Notes under the pieces: generated by a model
Database searches by the model: none
What the model saw: the letters and a program-made list of their open reading frames with translations, nothing else
Told to the model about the DNA's origin: nothing
Shown: piece by piece, positions 63,430 to 64,000 of the stretch
Position numbering within the stretch: position 1 is the first letter of the stretch
Layout: every line of letters begins with the position of its first letter
Assembly (NCBI GenBank): GCA_043228905.1
Contig: JBHGNT010000008.1
Location: forward strand, 4,464,001-4,528,000
Direction of reading: 5' to 3'
Origin: Azolla caroliniana
Taxonomy: Eukaryota; Plantae; Polypodiophyta
DNA: 64,000 nt
Translations under genes and position numbers: made by a program

Positions 63430-64000
63430 TGTCACGGAAATCTGCACCTGCGGGTTAGTCGAACGGGACCACTGGGGTCTTTGACCAAGGAGGATGGATC
63501 GGGTGACTTGTGCTTGTAAGGAATCGACCATTGTTTAGGTTTACAATCGGGTCGTTCTTGTTGTCTAAGATGCTTGTGTGGGTTGAGAGAGAGAGAGAAA
63601 GAGAGAATAAAGAGATTGTGAAAATATTTACCGCACCACAAAGATGTCGTGAAGCAAACGACACATGTGCCAAACGTTGCGATGTGCGCGTTATAGGTGC
63701 GCAGACAAGCACCAGCCTCTATCCGCAAGTGGTGATGGAGGAGCGAAAGGATCATTCAAGATAATGGAACGGTGGAAGGACTAGTGCATGCGAGAAGTAT
63801 TAAAGATAGATTGATAGATAGATATGGACAAGAATTCCAATTCCCGGTTTGAACTTTTAACTTCAAAGTTGAGATACAAGACCCATTGCCAAGGAGATAA
63901 CTAGGATTTATTAATTATTGATTGCATACATTACTTGATTTCTTTCGCTTCCTCTCCTTATATAGATGTCCCCATGCATATGTGCATGTGAGGGTATAGT
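63430..64000. mobile_element. LTR-like insertion interrupting the Copia RT, running off the window
   Basis: RT coding stops abruptly at TGTCACGG; non-coding sequence with (GA)n and TTATATAG follows. Confidence 0.6.

Overview
Eukaryotic land-plant genomic DNA. The repeat landscape suggests a bryophyte or other non-seed plant, but this is inference. Two intronless receptor-like kinase genes face each other tail-to-tail: an LRR receptor pseudokinase at 33196-35973 (+) and a CRINKLY4-related kinase at 46439-49093 (-). They sit among nested, mostly decayed transposons. Left half: (1) a Copia remnant split by a 3.86-kb DNA transposon with 37-bp TIRs, an unusual 4-bp TSD and an internal array of about 20 palindromes; (2) an old RTE/RTEX-like LINE carrying a hAT MITE; (3) a near full-length L1 LINE invaded twice by a non-coding LTR family with telomere-like termini and a tRNA-Arg-type PBS; (4) an RTEX-like LINE on the minus strand containing a structurally complete Ty1/Copia. 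Right half: L1, RTEX, Gypsy and Copia fragments. No rRNA, tRNA or CRISPR locus was found. The strongest candidates for something undescribed are the 4-bp-TSD palindrome-array transposon (747-4604) and the telomere-capped non-autonomous LTR family (13003-16668, 17396-17582). All coordinates were read by eye and may be off by a few bases.
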